Source: Acidobacteriota bacterium (GTDB lineage: Bacteria; Acidobacteriota; CAIWXX01). From it: DNA of 64,000 nucleotides. A model generated the notes under the pieces. That model did not search any database, had not been told where the DNA came from, and saw only the letters and a list, made by a program, of their open reading frames with translations. Shown here one piece after another: positions 32,554 through 41,472 of this stretch. Location: the NCBI GenBank assembly GCA_040755995.1, contig JBFMAF010000055.1:192001-256000 (forward strand). The letters are read 5' to 3'. Position 1 is the first letter of the stretch, and each line of letters starts with the position of its first letter. Both the position numbers and the translations under genes were made by a program.

Positions 32554-32943
32554 TGTGCGTTGCTGCCCCCTTTCTCTCCTTGGCCAGAAGCATCGACAAA
32601 CCTCAAACGAAGACATCGAACTCTCTATTTGATAAGTGTCATGACCCCATGAGTATCTTGGTTTCCGTTGCCCTGGGCTCGCTTCCAAGGGCCGCGATTC
32701 TATGGGAGCACCTTCCCTAACCTCCAGCCCAGACATCCCCCTGGAGGGCGAGCCCGTGTCGGCCACCTCGGTTGGGCGTGGACCGTCTCGCGGGTCTGGT
32801 CGTCAACAGTGACCATGACGCCATATGCCTTGTCACTCTTGTACTTCGCCGGGACCGTGACGGTGAACCTGCTCGCCGGGGCCTCGTGGCGGAGACACGG
32901 AGAGGAATCTGCTCAGTCGCCGCCGGATCGTGTCAGTCGCAGG
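32554..32943. repeat. Spacer repeat X, copy A
   Basis: Homologous to 43254-43716 and 46876-47340; joined to IS110 at the same gatcgacagcgagc junction. Confidence 0.85.
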
Positions 32944-33549
32944 GATCGACAGCGAGCTCGGTCTCGCGGATTCAATCGAGCACGTGATTCGCGAGATGGA
33001 GCAGACACTCATTCAAGCAGCATGGCAGGAGGATCGAGCTCGACTGTTGATGACGCTGTCCGGGATCGACTTCTGCGGCGCACAGTCACCGATAGCGGCG
33101 ATGGGATATCTCAGGCGGTTCGTGGATGGGGACCACTTCGCAAGCTATCTCGGGTTGGTGCCTGCGACGCGGGCGTCGGCGAATCACTGTTACCACGGGC
33201 CGATCACGAAATAGGGGCGGAGTCACACCCGATGGACGCTGATTCAGGCCGCACAGCACCTGGCCGATCATCCCGGACCGTTGGGACAGTTCTTCCGCCG
33301 GTTGCTCAAGAAGAACAATCGCAACATCCCTGTCGTGGCGGTGGCGAGGAAACTGGCCGTGATCGCGTACCACATGCTCAAGAACAACGAGCCCTACCGG
33401 TACGCACTGCCGGATTCAACCGGGCAAAAGCTGGCGCGCCTCCGATCCCAGGCGACAGGCCAAAGGCGTCTGCGAAGAGGAGACCAGCGCTGGGGGCCAA
33501 CACGGCCCCCAGTGGTCGATCACTGGAGTTGCGATCCTCAGAGGTATTC
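32944..33549 (+). mobile_element. IS110-family remnant, copy 2
   Basis: Transposase_20 motifs, premature TAG at 33212, same internal deletion and right end as copy 1. Confidence 0.88.
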
Positions 33550-33568
33550 GTTGGGCCCCGCCCCACTT

Positions 33569-34069
33569 CTAGAAGTAGACGATCTCACCAGTGGGGATGT
33601 AGCACCTGATGTAGGACCGCGTGCTTTCCGGGAATCGGTCGTTGAGAGGATGAAGCAGTTCCTCGATGACTGTGCCGAGATCTACGCGGGTCGGTACCTG
33701 TACCGTGAATTCGCGAATGCCGTAACTGTCTCGGGTGTAGTCCCGTATCAGGGTGAGCTCGCCGTTCTTGACCAGGATTGTCATTCCGATTGGGGTGCCT
33801 TCCACGGAGCTGACTGTTGTGGAAAGGCCGAAAGAACCCCTGCCCGAGAGATAGACATCGAGGAAGCGTTGGCGCTGAGCAGACTCGGATGAGGTTGACA
33901 GAGGTTCAATGGCCGGATCATGAAGGGCAGCGGGCGTTCGGAAAGCACGATGGTACAGACCCTTGGCCGGGCCGTAGAACTGCATGGCAGAGACGAGCAC
34001 CAGGAAGAGAGCCGCTAGGACCGCAGAAACGGCGAGGAGGATTCGGTATGGCTTCGGGAGGGCTGCCAT
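33569..34069 (-). CDS. Hypothetical cassette protein (copy B of 30694..31197)
   Basis: 166 aa versus 167 aa with scattered substitutions. Confidence 0.75.
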   Translation of the reverse strand: MAALPKPYRILLAVSAVLAALFLVLVSAMQFYGPAKGLYHRAFRTPAALHDPAIEPLSTSSESAQRQRFLDVYLSGRGSFGLSTTVSSVEGTPIGMTILVKNGELTLIRDYTRDSYGIREFTVQVPTRVDLGTVIEELLHPLNDRFPESTRSYIRCYIPTGEIVYF

Positions 34070-34081
34070 GTATGCCCGGGG

Positions 34082-34153
34082 GCCTAACGCGGCGGCTCAC
34101 CTGCCGGGATGAAGCGCAGCGGGATCCTGGGCAGGTGCAGCCGCTTGTTGGGC
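34082..34153 (-). other. attC site
   Basis: GCCCAAC aagcggctgcacctgcc...ggcaggtgagccgccgc GTTAGGC. Confidence 0.88.
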
Positions 34154-34306
34154 CTCCCTCAGTCTCTGCCGCCTAATCAGTCTGGGGCCTGCCAAGAGTT
34201 GCCGCTTTCGCAAATCCTCAAAAATGGCATGGACATCGTAGTTGAATTGTCTCGCGAGTTGCTCGCGTACCCGCCGAACTTCGGAAACAATCGGGTCCTC
34301 CGACAT
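34097..34306 (-). CDS. Small putative antitoxin of the PIN toxin
   Basis: MSEDPIVSEVRRVREQLARQFNYDVHAIFEDLRKRQ directly after the PIN gene. Confidence 0.7.
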   Translation of the reverse strand: MSEDPIVSEVRRVREQLARQFNYDVHAIFEDLRKRQLLAGPRLIRRQRLREAQQAAAPAQDPAALHPGR

Positions 34307-34310
34307 TGCA

Positions 34311-34781
34311 CTACCCTCCCATCAATTCTTCGGGCGTGCAGATCACCGGCATGTCGTACCCTTTCTGGTTGCACACAACTGCAACCCGCCGAATGACCTG
34401 CGCGTTGGCGAGATGCCTGCAGTTCCACGTCAACAGGTAGTCCATCTGGCTGACGGTGGCAACCGCAATGTGCGCTGCATCCCGCACAGCACTCGGTGGT
34501 ATGGCTCCGCTCTCCATGATCCTCGCTGCAAGCGATTCTGCCTCCTCTGTGACTTCAAGCACTGGGAAGTCGCTGATCATTTGGATTCGGGCCTTCGCCT
34601 CATCGGGGTCGCCAGCAGCCCCTTCATCGAGTACAACCTGGGAAACGTAGCACTCGAATTCCCGACGCCGTTCAATCCACCAGTCCTTGGTGGCCTGTTG
34701 ATGGGCCGCCACAAGAAGGTCCCGACTGGGACGAGCGACAAGATAGCTTATGAAGGTCGTCTCGATGTAAACGGTCTCCAT
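34311..34781 (-). CDS. PIN-domain (VapC-like) toxin
   Basis: VYIETTFISYL...SQVVLDE...DAAHIAVA...LLTWNCRHLAN. Confidence 0.88.
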   Translation of the reverse strand: METVYIETTFISYLVARPSRDLLVAAHQQATKDWWIERRREFECYVSQVVLDEGAAGDPDEAKARIQMISDFPVLEVTEEAESLAARIMESGAIPPSAVRDAAHIAVATVSQMDYLLTWNCRHLANAQVIRRVAVVCNQKGYDMPVICTPEELMGG

Positions 34782-34838
34782 GGTTCCACGCTATTCAATC
34801 TATTCTATCACGAAGGGCCCTCCTTCCCTGGTCGAACA

Positions 34839-34942
34839 CCGATCATCTCGGACCGTTGGGACAGTTCTTCCGAGGGTTGCCCAAGAAGAAGAATCGCAAC
34901 ATCGCCGTCGTGGCGGTGGCGAGGAAACTGGCCGTGATTGCG
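34839..34942 (+). mobile_element. IS110-family internal fragment, copy 3 (about 100 bp)
   Basis: GQFFRGLPKKKNRNIAVVAVARKLAVIA. Confidence 0.85.
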
Positions 34943-35164
34943 GCCGGCGCACGTCAGCCAGGGCACGTAGCCGATGAACGTCTGGAGTCCCCTCACCCAA
35001 GGCGACTGTTGATCGAAGATGACCTGTTCCCGTCCCATCAACCAGGCCGCAATCGCCAGCCAGTGCCACTCGAGGAGGATCAAGAGCACGAATGTGGCTA
35101 CGCCCAAGAGACCGAAGACGAGGACATCCTTCTGCTGCAGCGAAATGTTGGGCGGTTCAGTCAT
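34943..35164 (-). pseudogene. Truncated membrane protein
   Basis: Hydrophobic N-terminus cut by IS fragment 3. Confidence 0.4.
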
Positions 35165-35169
35165 TCAGA

Positions 35170-35549
35170 TCAAAACAGAAGGAGTGCGGGTGTCGTACCT
35201 GGTTTGATTCCAGCCGTCTCCAGCCGTTGAACCAGGCGGATGATCTGTTGTCTGATTTCCTGCGCGTCGAACGGGCGGCCCTGGGCGGAAAGTAGGGTGC
35301 CTCCGAGCCGAGATCGTGCATGCCGAGCTGCCTTGAGCATCGCGTCGTGGACCGCGAGGGGGGCGGGGCTCCGCGGAACTGAATACCCGAAGACCAAATC
35401 CGCGGTGTGTACACGTCCAGCCGCGATTTCCTCGGGAAGAAGTAACCGGGAGGCGTAGAAGTCCAAACGCTGAAGAGGTGGTCTCCGCCAGACTCTCCGC
35501 TTGGATTGTCGAGATGGAAAATGTCCATGTCGCCCCAGGGCAGGCCCAA
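35170..35549 (-). pseudogene. Frameshifted ZipA C-terminal-like domain
   Basis: [11 protein letters not shown]...LFSV...PGYF and, in another frame, MLKAA...RLGGTLL. Confidence 0.5.
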
Positions 35550-35565
35550 GGAGTTTGTGAAAGCC

Positions 35566-35643
35566 GCCTGACGTCGAGCGTCACCCTCGGTTCACCTGGC
35601 GTCCGCGCCGGTTGAACGGTAGTGGTCCTCGATCTTGTTGGGA
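35566..35643 (-). other. Degenerate attC site
   Basis: R'' TCCCAAC complements the cassette start GTTGGGA; R' GTCAGGC. Confidence 0.55.
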
Positions 35644-36461
35644 GGTTCTCGTCTCTTTGATGCCGCCTCGTGTTCAAGCAGTTCACCTATCCACTTCAAC
35701 AGCGGCGACTCTTTCAATGCTTGGCTGGTTTCCGCCAACGAGTAGTACACGACCCACTGGCCGCGTTCCATTACTCCGATGGTTAAGCAGAGTGAGTTGG
35801 TCGCCCGATCTCTGGTGATCGCATTGCCTGACTCCGCCATGTCTGCCCATAGTTCTTCGTGTCGGAAGCAGTCCGTTGGATAGCGCTTTGGCAACGCTGC
35901 GGCGTCGACGAGGAGTGAGCGTGCCGTCTCAGCGTCCACGTTCGCGTCGAGATGTGAGTGGCTTGCGTGGCGCCAAGGCATCCCCGGAATGGAATGCGTG
36001 AGAGATACGCCAGAACGTCCGTCCTCCTCAAGACCAAATTGCCACCGAGGCTGATTGCGAGCGGCGATTCCGGGGTGAAACACGAAGAGGTGTTTGCCGG
36101 GGGGGTAGTCCTCCGGTTTTCTGACGCCTGACTCTCGGACGTCGAGGAGTTCCACGACGGCATGGATCACCGCGTTGGGCGGCACATAGCCTGGTATCCC
36201 GGATGCGCCGTAGGCCAAATGCGGACTGATCTTCAGTTCTCGGATTCCACCAACACGCATTCCCTCAATTCCGTACCTCAAACCGGCAATGCAGTCTCGT
36301 CGCTTCAGGTCTACTACCATCCGCGGGTCACCCGTGAGTGTGCCCGTCAGTTCCGTGCCGTGATTGAGAAACAAGCGGACGTTGGCGGCCACCGTCTTCC
36401 CGTGCACAGCTTCTTCGCCTGTGCCGATCACAATGTCTTTTGCCTTCACACCCGAACGCAT
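35592..36461 (-). CDS. FKBP-type PPIase domain with unknown C-terminal domain (cassette)
   Basis: DIVIGTGEEA...IAGLRYGIEGMRVGGIRELKISPHLAYG...VPPNA. Confidence 0.85.
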   Translation of the reverse strand: MRSGVKAKDIVIGTGEEAVHGKTVAANVRLFLNHGTELTGTLTGDPRMVVDLKRRDCIAGLRYGIEGMRVGGIRELKISPHLAYGASGIPGYVPPNAVIHAVVELLDVRESGVRKPEDYPPGKHLFVFHPGIAARNQPRWQFGLEEDGRSGVSLTHSIPGMPWRHASHSHLDANVDAETARSLLVDAAALPKRYPTDCFRHEELWADMAESGNAITRDRATNSLCLTIGVMERGQWVVYYSLAETSQALKESPLLKWIGELLEHEAASKRREPPNKIEDHYRSTGADAR

Positions 36462-36488
36462 TCTGTCCCTACCTGCTTTCTCCGCTGT

Positions 36489-36552
36489 TCCCAACGAATA
36501 GCCTCAGCGACGCCGGCCCGTGGCCGGCGTCCAGTGGAGCGTGTTCTTGAAC
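36489..36552 (-). other. attC site whose R'' is supplied by element Y
   Basis: GTTCAAG aacacgctccactggacgccggcc...ggccggcgtcgctgag...GTTGGGA. Confidence 0.65.
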
Positions 36553-36618
36553 TGAGCCGCTGGCGCGCCAGTTTCGTGTTCATTCACTTCCGCCTGGGAA
36601 TCAAGCATAGTAGACCCC
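36546..36618 (+). mobile_element. Element Y terminus, copy 1
   Basis: ttgaactgagccgctggcgcg...ttcacttccgcc...gggaatcaa...tagacc, homologous to 49076-49150. Confidence 0.65.
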
Positions 36619-36620
36619 AA

Positions 36621-37041
36621 GACCACTTCGCAAGCTATCTCGGGTTGGTGCCTGCACCGCGGGCGTCGGCGAATCACTGTTACCACAGGCCGATCACGAA
36701 GCAGGGGCGCACTCATACCCGATGGATGTCGATTAAGGCGGCACAGCACCTGGCCGATCATCCCGGACCGTTGGGACAGTTCTTCCGACGGTTGCTCAAG
36801 AAGAAGAATCGCAACATCGCCGTCGTGGCGGTGGCGAGGAAGCCGGCCGTGATCGCGCACCACATGCTCAAGAACAACGAGCCCTACCGGTACGCACTGC
36901 CGGATTCAACCGGCCAAAAGCTGGCGCGCCTCCGATCCCAGACGACAGGCCAAAGGCGCAAGAGCGGACAATCGAAGGAGGCTGCCGAGAAGCGACGAGT
37001 CGGAACGCGGAGCCGCACGGTGCCCTCACTCGCAACGGTCT
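36621..37041 (+). mobile_element. IS110-family internal remnant, copy 4
   Basis: DHFASYLGLVP...RSRTVPSLATV. Confidence 0.87.
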
Positions 37042-37053
37042 TCTCAGGGTTCA

Positions 37054-38439
37054 CTATTGGCGCCCTCGCGGCTTCAGTAGCGTTCGCAGCCTTCTTGCAA
37101 TGAGGTGTATCTGTCGGTCGGGCCTTACCGCGTTGAAGGCGAGCTCCGCACATGCGTCGACGACGCGCGCCTCATCCTGCTTCCCCCGAAGGATGCACAG
37201 CCACTCTAGGATTTGTAATATGGCAACCATCAGATGAGCCGTATGATAGGAGCTTGGCGACGAGAACTCGGTTCGCAACGCCTCAAACGCTCGTTCAGCC
37301 TCCGCGAGTTTTCCCAAGGCCAAGTAACCCCTGCAGGTCGCCCCAAGAGCGTTAAGACGCCGGTGCCAGTATTCCTGGCTGTGCGGCTCTGACTTCCACT
37401 GCTCCAGCCTGCCCTCCAGCTTCGCAAGGAGCCGAGGGACCGAGGGCAGCCCTGGTCTGCTCCACAGTGCTGGGTAGGATGCGGCATTCAGTGCCTCAGT
37501 GGCGCGAATAATCTGGTCCTTCAGCGGCCGCCTCGACGCACTGCCCTCCTCGAATAGCTTCTGGCATCTCGCCCAGTCGGCATTGGAGGGATTCTCCATG
37601 CATCGCAGGAGTTCCACGAAAGCCTTTTCATATTTGGCTACCGGCATGCTGTGGCCGTCAAGCTGCTTCAAGGCCTCCGACGCCTCCTTTGATTTGCCGA
37701 GGCGTCGGAGAACACGTGCCTTCTTCAAGACCAATTCAGGAAGAACGGCGGGTCGAACGAGGGAGATCTGACGCGAGCCGAGGAGCTCCCTTACGATCTG
37801 GAGAGCGCGGTCCGGCTCTCCGCCTTCTATGAGTCGTTCTGCATCCTGGAGGCTTCGCGACGCAATCGCCTCGGTCGGGTTAACAGTCGTGGCGAGGAGC
37901 CACTCGCGGACACCTGTCCAGGGTGGCTTGGTGTACTTGATGGCTGGGCCTGCAAGGTTCCGCACGACTGAGCACCCTCTCTTCCCGAATTGCACCGCGC
38001 CCACTCTGTCGAGTCTCCCAAAGTCCAAGAGCGTCAGGCGCAGCGGAGTGGGGCCGCGATTCCTATGCCTGCATTCGACGAGACAGAGAACAACGGGCAG
38101 ACGCTGCAGCAACCAGTATTCATGGTGGCGCTCCCTCGCGCTGAACGCGATCTTGTCCCCGGGGCGGTCGAAGCTTGCGGCGCTCGTCTTCACCTGAAGC
38201 AGGATGTGCCCCATCGGGCGCTCCGTTGCCGGTAGCTCGACTGCGGCGTCGATGCCGATGTCCTGACCGGTCAACTCTCGCCAGATGAAGCCCGTTTCGA
38301 CGGCGCAACGGTGGACGTAAGCTACGCCGAGTCGATCGATTAGATCACTACCAGGATGTTCCGGAGTATTGGCGAGTGACGCATTGCGTCGACGTTGGAT
38401 CAGCAGGCTCCCACTCTGCTCGTGGATCCGGGCGCCCAA
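37054..38439 (-). CDS. DUF4365 (PD-(D/E)XK-like) domain plus helical/TPR-like region; start uncertain
   Basis: WRELTGQDIGIDAAVEL...LQVKT...YWLLQRLPVVL. Confidence 0.8.
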   Translation of the reverse strand: MGARIHEQSGSLLIQRRRNASLANTPEHPGSDLIDRLGVAYVHRCAVETGFIWRELTGQDIGIDAAVELPATERPMGHILLQVKTSAASFDRPGDKIAFSARERHHEYWLLQRLPVVLCLVECRHRNRGPTPLRLTLLDFGRLDRVGAVQFGKRGCSVVRNLAGPAIKYTKPPWTGVREWLLATTVNPTEAIASRSLQDAERLIEGGEPDRALQIVRELLGSRQISLVRPAVLPELVLKKARVLRRLGKSKEASEALKQLDGHSMPVAKYEKAFVELLRCMENPSNADWARCQKLFEEGSASRRPLKDQIIRATEALNAASYPALWSRPGLPSVPRLLAKLEGRLEQWKSEPHSQEYWHRRLNALGATCRGYLALGKLAEAERAFEALRTEFSSPSSYHTAHLMVAILQILEWLCILRGKQDEARVVDACAELAFNAVRPDRQIHLIARRLRTLLKPRGRQ

Positions 38440-38586
38440 CCAATGTTCATGTGGTTTCCAGATAGACCCCGTCTCTTACCTTTCCATCGAGATAGTACAC
38501 GGCGTACGGCCCCGTGTCAACGTGACTGGCATGAAACCATGAAGCAGTAATTCCTGTTCCGCTACAATCTCAGCGGCTGGTCTCGT
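38434..38586 (-). promoter_or_regulatory. attI/Pc-like site (type 2)
   Basis: TTGACA(38520-38515)-17-TACTAT(38497-38492)...tatctggaaaccacatgaacattg-GTTGGGC; aligns with 32310-32465. Confidence 0.7.
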
Positions 38587-39704
38587 GTATCGGACCGGAC
38601 GAGGGTGAAGAACCGGATCCACTCAATCCTGGCTCAACGGTTGATCGCGGTTCCCTTCAAGCAACTCTACTCACCGAAGGGGATTCAGTGGCTCCGGAAT
38701 CTGGCACTGGAGCGAGATGACCGGCAGGCGATCGACAGCGAGCTCAGGCCCCTAGATTCAATCGAGCACGAGATTCGCGAGACGGAGCAGACACTCATTC
38801 AGGCAGCATGGCAGGAGGATCGAGTTCGACTGTTGATGACGCGGTTCGGGATCGACTTCTGCGGCGCACAGTCATTGATAGAGGCGATGGGAGATCTCAG
38901 CCGATTCACGGATCGGGACCACTTCGCAAGCCATCTCGGGTTGGTGCCGTCGACGGGGGCGTCAGCGAATCACTGTCACCACGGGCCGATCACGAAGCAG
39001 GGGCGGAGTCAAACCCGATGGATGTTGATTCAGGCTGCACAGCACCTGGCCGATCATCCCGGACCGTTGGGACAGTTCTACGGAGGGGTGCCCAAGAAGA
39101 AGAATCGCAACATCGCCGTCGTGGCGGTGGCGAGGAAGCTGGCCGTGATCGCCTACCACATGCTCAAGAACAACCAGCCCTACCGGTACGCAATGCCGGA
39201 TTCAACCGGGCAAAAGCTGGTGCATCTCCGATCCCAGGCGACAGGCCAAAGGCGCAGGACCGGACCATCGAAGGAAGCTGCCGAGAACCGACGGGTCGGA
39301 GCGCAGAGCCGCACGGTGCCCTAACTCGCAACGGTCTACCAGCGTGAGGGAGTGCCCGCACTCCGAGCCCCCGAGTCGCTGCCGGCTGGCGAGAAGCGCA
39401 TGATCGAGGAACGCAAACTTCGACCGTTCAACCAGACTATCGACACCGCGCAAAGACACGAACAGAAGAGCCCCCACCGGCCGAATGCAGTCGCGAGTGT
39501 GAACTGAGATGAGAGATCTGCTGCGCCTCGACGACACGAGCCGACAGGCTCCTGAACATGACGCATCGAGGGCCCGCAACGACCGAGGCTCCCGTCTGCC
39601 AGGCTCACCGAATCAAGGATTCGTCTGTCAAGAAGAGACCACCGCTGGGGGCCTGTACGGCCCCCAGTGGCCGATCACAGGAGTTGCAATCCTCAGAGGT
39701 ATTC
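38587..39704 (+). mobile_element. IS110-family remnant, copy 5 (longest; intact right end)
   Basis: VSDRTRVKNRIHSIL...; premature TAA at 39322; natural stop 39507; ends cctcagaggtattc|GTTCGAA. Confidence 0.9.
39508..39704 (+). ncRNA. Candidate IS110/IS1111 bridge (seek) RNA region
   Basis: About 197-nt non-coding 3' end conserved with 48119-48315; hairpin ctgggggcc-N5-ggcccccag; TTGCAA near the terminus. Confidence 0.5.
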
Positions 39705-39712
39705 GTTCGAAG

Positions 39713-40564
39713 CTACTTCCGCAAATCCGGTACAAGCTCTGAGAGCCTTAACGATGGCTTCATCTTCCGAGGCCATTGAATCCCTCTCCTGGGTGTCCTC
39801 GTCCAGAAGCTTATCTTGTACTGCTCCAAGTCAAAGTGGACCTTGACGTCGTCGTTCTTGCCGTGAGCGTGATCGGATCTGCACGTCAGAAGAAGCGGAA
39901 CACCGAGACCGTGAGCAAACCCAACCTCGAAGTAGACTGATGGTCTTGCATACGTGAGGTCGGCGATTGCACAAGCACACTCCGTGATGCCCTCCAGAAT
40001 CGCCTCGGTAATGGTCTGCTTGGGTTCGGTCATATCTACTCGCACAGGCTCGTAACCCAAACTGGCGCATGCCGGAGCAAGTTGGTTGTCGTAAAGCATG
40101 TCTATATCCGAATGACCGAATGCACAAGCCACAAAGACGTTGGCTCGCCGCTCTGGCGCCGGGCGGAGAACGAGTCGCCGCTCCTCCTTGATGCTATTGG
40201 CAACTCGCTTGCCTTCGTGGGTGAGTTCAACAGCGACTTCTGAGAGGCTCCCATACGGAAGTAATAGCTTCTCCCCTGTGTCGCGCCGCGCCAAACCTGT
40301 ATAGCCTGGCCTCTGGATGAGCCCAACGGCAATGAGACCTTCCACAGTTCGCTCAAGCTCGGACAGCTTCGGCCTGTCAAGCGCGAAAAAGCGATCTTCC
40401 CGCGCTCTGTCCGCGACGACCCGAATAAAGGCGGAGAAATCCGACTCGGCAAAATCAACTGCCTTTACGACTCGCTGCAATGTCGGGAATGGGATGCTGC
40501 CCGTCTCCCCGAGTATGCGAAGCACCAATCTCTGGGGCCGATTCAATCGGATGTTGACTTTCAT
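39713..40564 (-). CDS. Nucleoside 2-deoxyribosyltransferase-like (TIR-like fold) protein (cassette)
   Basis: VFVACAF...VRVD...IADLTYARPSVYFEVGFAHGLG...HFDL. Confidence 0.8.
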   Translation of the reverse strand: MKVNIRLNRPQRLVLRILGETGSIPFPTLQRVVKAVDFAESDFSAFIRVVADRAREDRFFALDRPKLSELERTVEGLIAVGLIQRPGYTGLARRDTGEKLLLPYGSLSEVAVELTHEGKRVANSIKEERRLVLRPAPERRANVFVACAFGHSDIDMLYDNQLAPACASLGYEPVRVDMTEPKQTITEAILEGITECACAIADLTYARPSVYFEVGFAHGLGVPLLLTCRSDHAHGKNDDVKVHFDLEQYKISFWTRTPRRGIQWPRKMKPSLRLSELVPDLRK

Positions 40565-40579
40565 TCAGGTTCCTCATTG

Positions 40580-40638
40580 CTTCAACGTCGCGGATCACGC
40601 GCGGCTACAAGCCGTCGCGTGCATCCGGCTTGTTGGGC
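40580..40638 (-). other. attC site
   Basis: GCCCAAC aagccggatgcacgcgacggcttgtagccgcgcgtgatccgcgac GTTGAAG. Confidence 0.88.
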
Positions 40639-40640
40639 AC

Positions 40641-41381
40641 TCACATCCCTGTTCGGAGTTCATCGTCATCCTTGAAGAAATCCCGCAACTCTGGAGCGTG
40701 GCGGAGGGTGAAGTCCTTCGCTTCCCGAAGAAGCATGGACCTGTCTTCGGTCTTGAATCGGTGTTCTGGAAAAGGCCAGCCTGTGAGTTCGATTGCACCT
40801 TGGTGCACAACCAGCGTGCGCCATGCCGGCGCTTCCGTTGGGATCGTTCCAACCCGCTGCTGCACCGATTTGGGCGAGTCACCGCGTTGCGCGCAGTTCT
40901 GCTCCGTCTTCTTCTCGAGGTCCTTCCAATCAAACATCTCCGCGAGAGGCGTAGACGACGGATTCAAGACAAGCACGTGCGGAACACCCACGGCATCCTT
41001 GATCTCGGCAATGCCAAGCATGGCAGGCAAGACAGGCGCATACAGCTCCGCCTTTGCGACATCCGCATCAAGATTGTGTAGGATCAGGCATTGCCATACG
41101 CCACGAACCGTGAAGAAGAGGACTCTTGCCGTCGGGAACCATTCCATCTTCTCGGGGGCGCACGGTATCTGACGACATGAATCGCCCAGCGTTGTAAGGA
41201 CGCTGTGCAGTTCTCTCCGCAACTTCGGATGCGCGTACAGTGGATCATCGGACTCTCGACGGGGACCTTCGGGCCGAAGTCGATACGGATCGATGGATAC
41301 GGCGTCATTCCGAATCAGATCCGCCAACGGCCCCTTGCCTACGCCTCCAGGGCCGACGATGATGAGTGTCTTCTTGATCAT
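40641..41381 (-). CDS. P-loop protein, guanylate/NMP-kinase-like (cassette)
   Basis: N-terminal IIVGPGGVGKG, RLRPEG, RGDS. Confidence 0.65.
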   Translation of the reverse strand: MIKKTLIIVGPGGVGKGPLADLIRNDAVSIDPYRLRPEGPRRESDDPLYAHPKLRRELHSVLTTLGDSCRQIPCAPEKMEWFPTARVLFFTVRGVWQCLILHNLDADVAKAELYAPVLPAMLGIAEIKDAVGVPHVLVLNPSSTPLAEMFDWKDLEKKTEQNCAQRGDSPKSVQQRVGTIPTEAPAWRTLVVHQGAIELTGWPFPEHRFKTEDRSMLLREAKDFTLRHAPELRDFFKDDDELRTGM

Positions 41382-41395
41382 GATGTTCCCTCTAT

Positions 41396-41452
41396 GCCCA
41401 ACGTACGGCTCACCGGTGAGCGAAGCGAATGCAGGGCAGCCGATTGATGGGC
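41396..41452 (-). other. attC site (partly degenerate)
   Basis: GCCCATC aatcggct...ttcgcttcgctcaccggtgagccgtac GTTGGGC. Confidence 0.7.
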
Positions 41453-41472
41453 GCCGACTTCCACACCAGCTC

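Noticed and set aside
39508..39704. Group IIC-attC intron (also inserts at R'' in reverse orientation)
   Set aside because: No recognisable domain V/VI and no reverse transcriptase (YADD) remnant; the adjacent coding sequence is an IS110 transposase.
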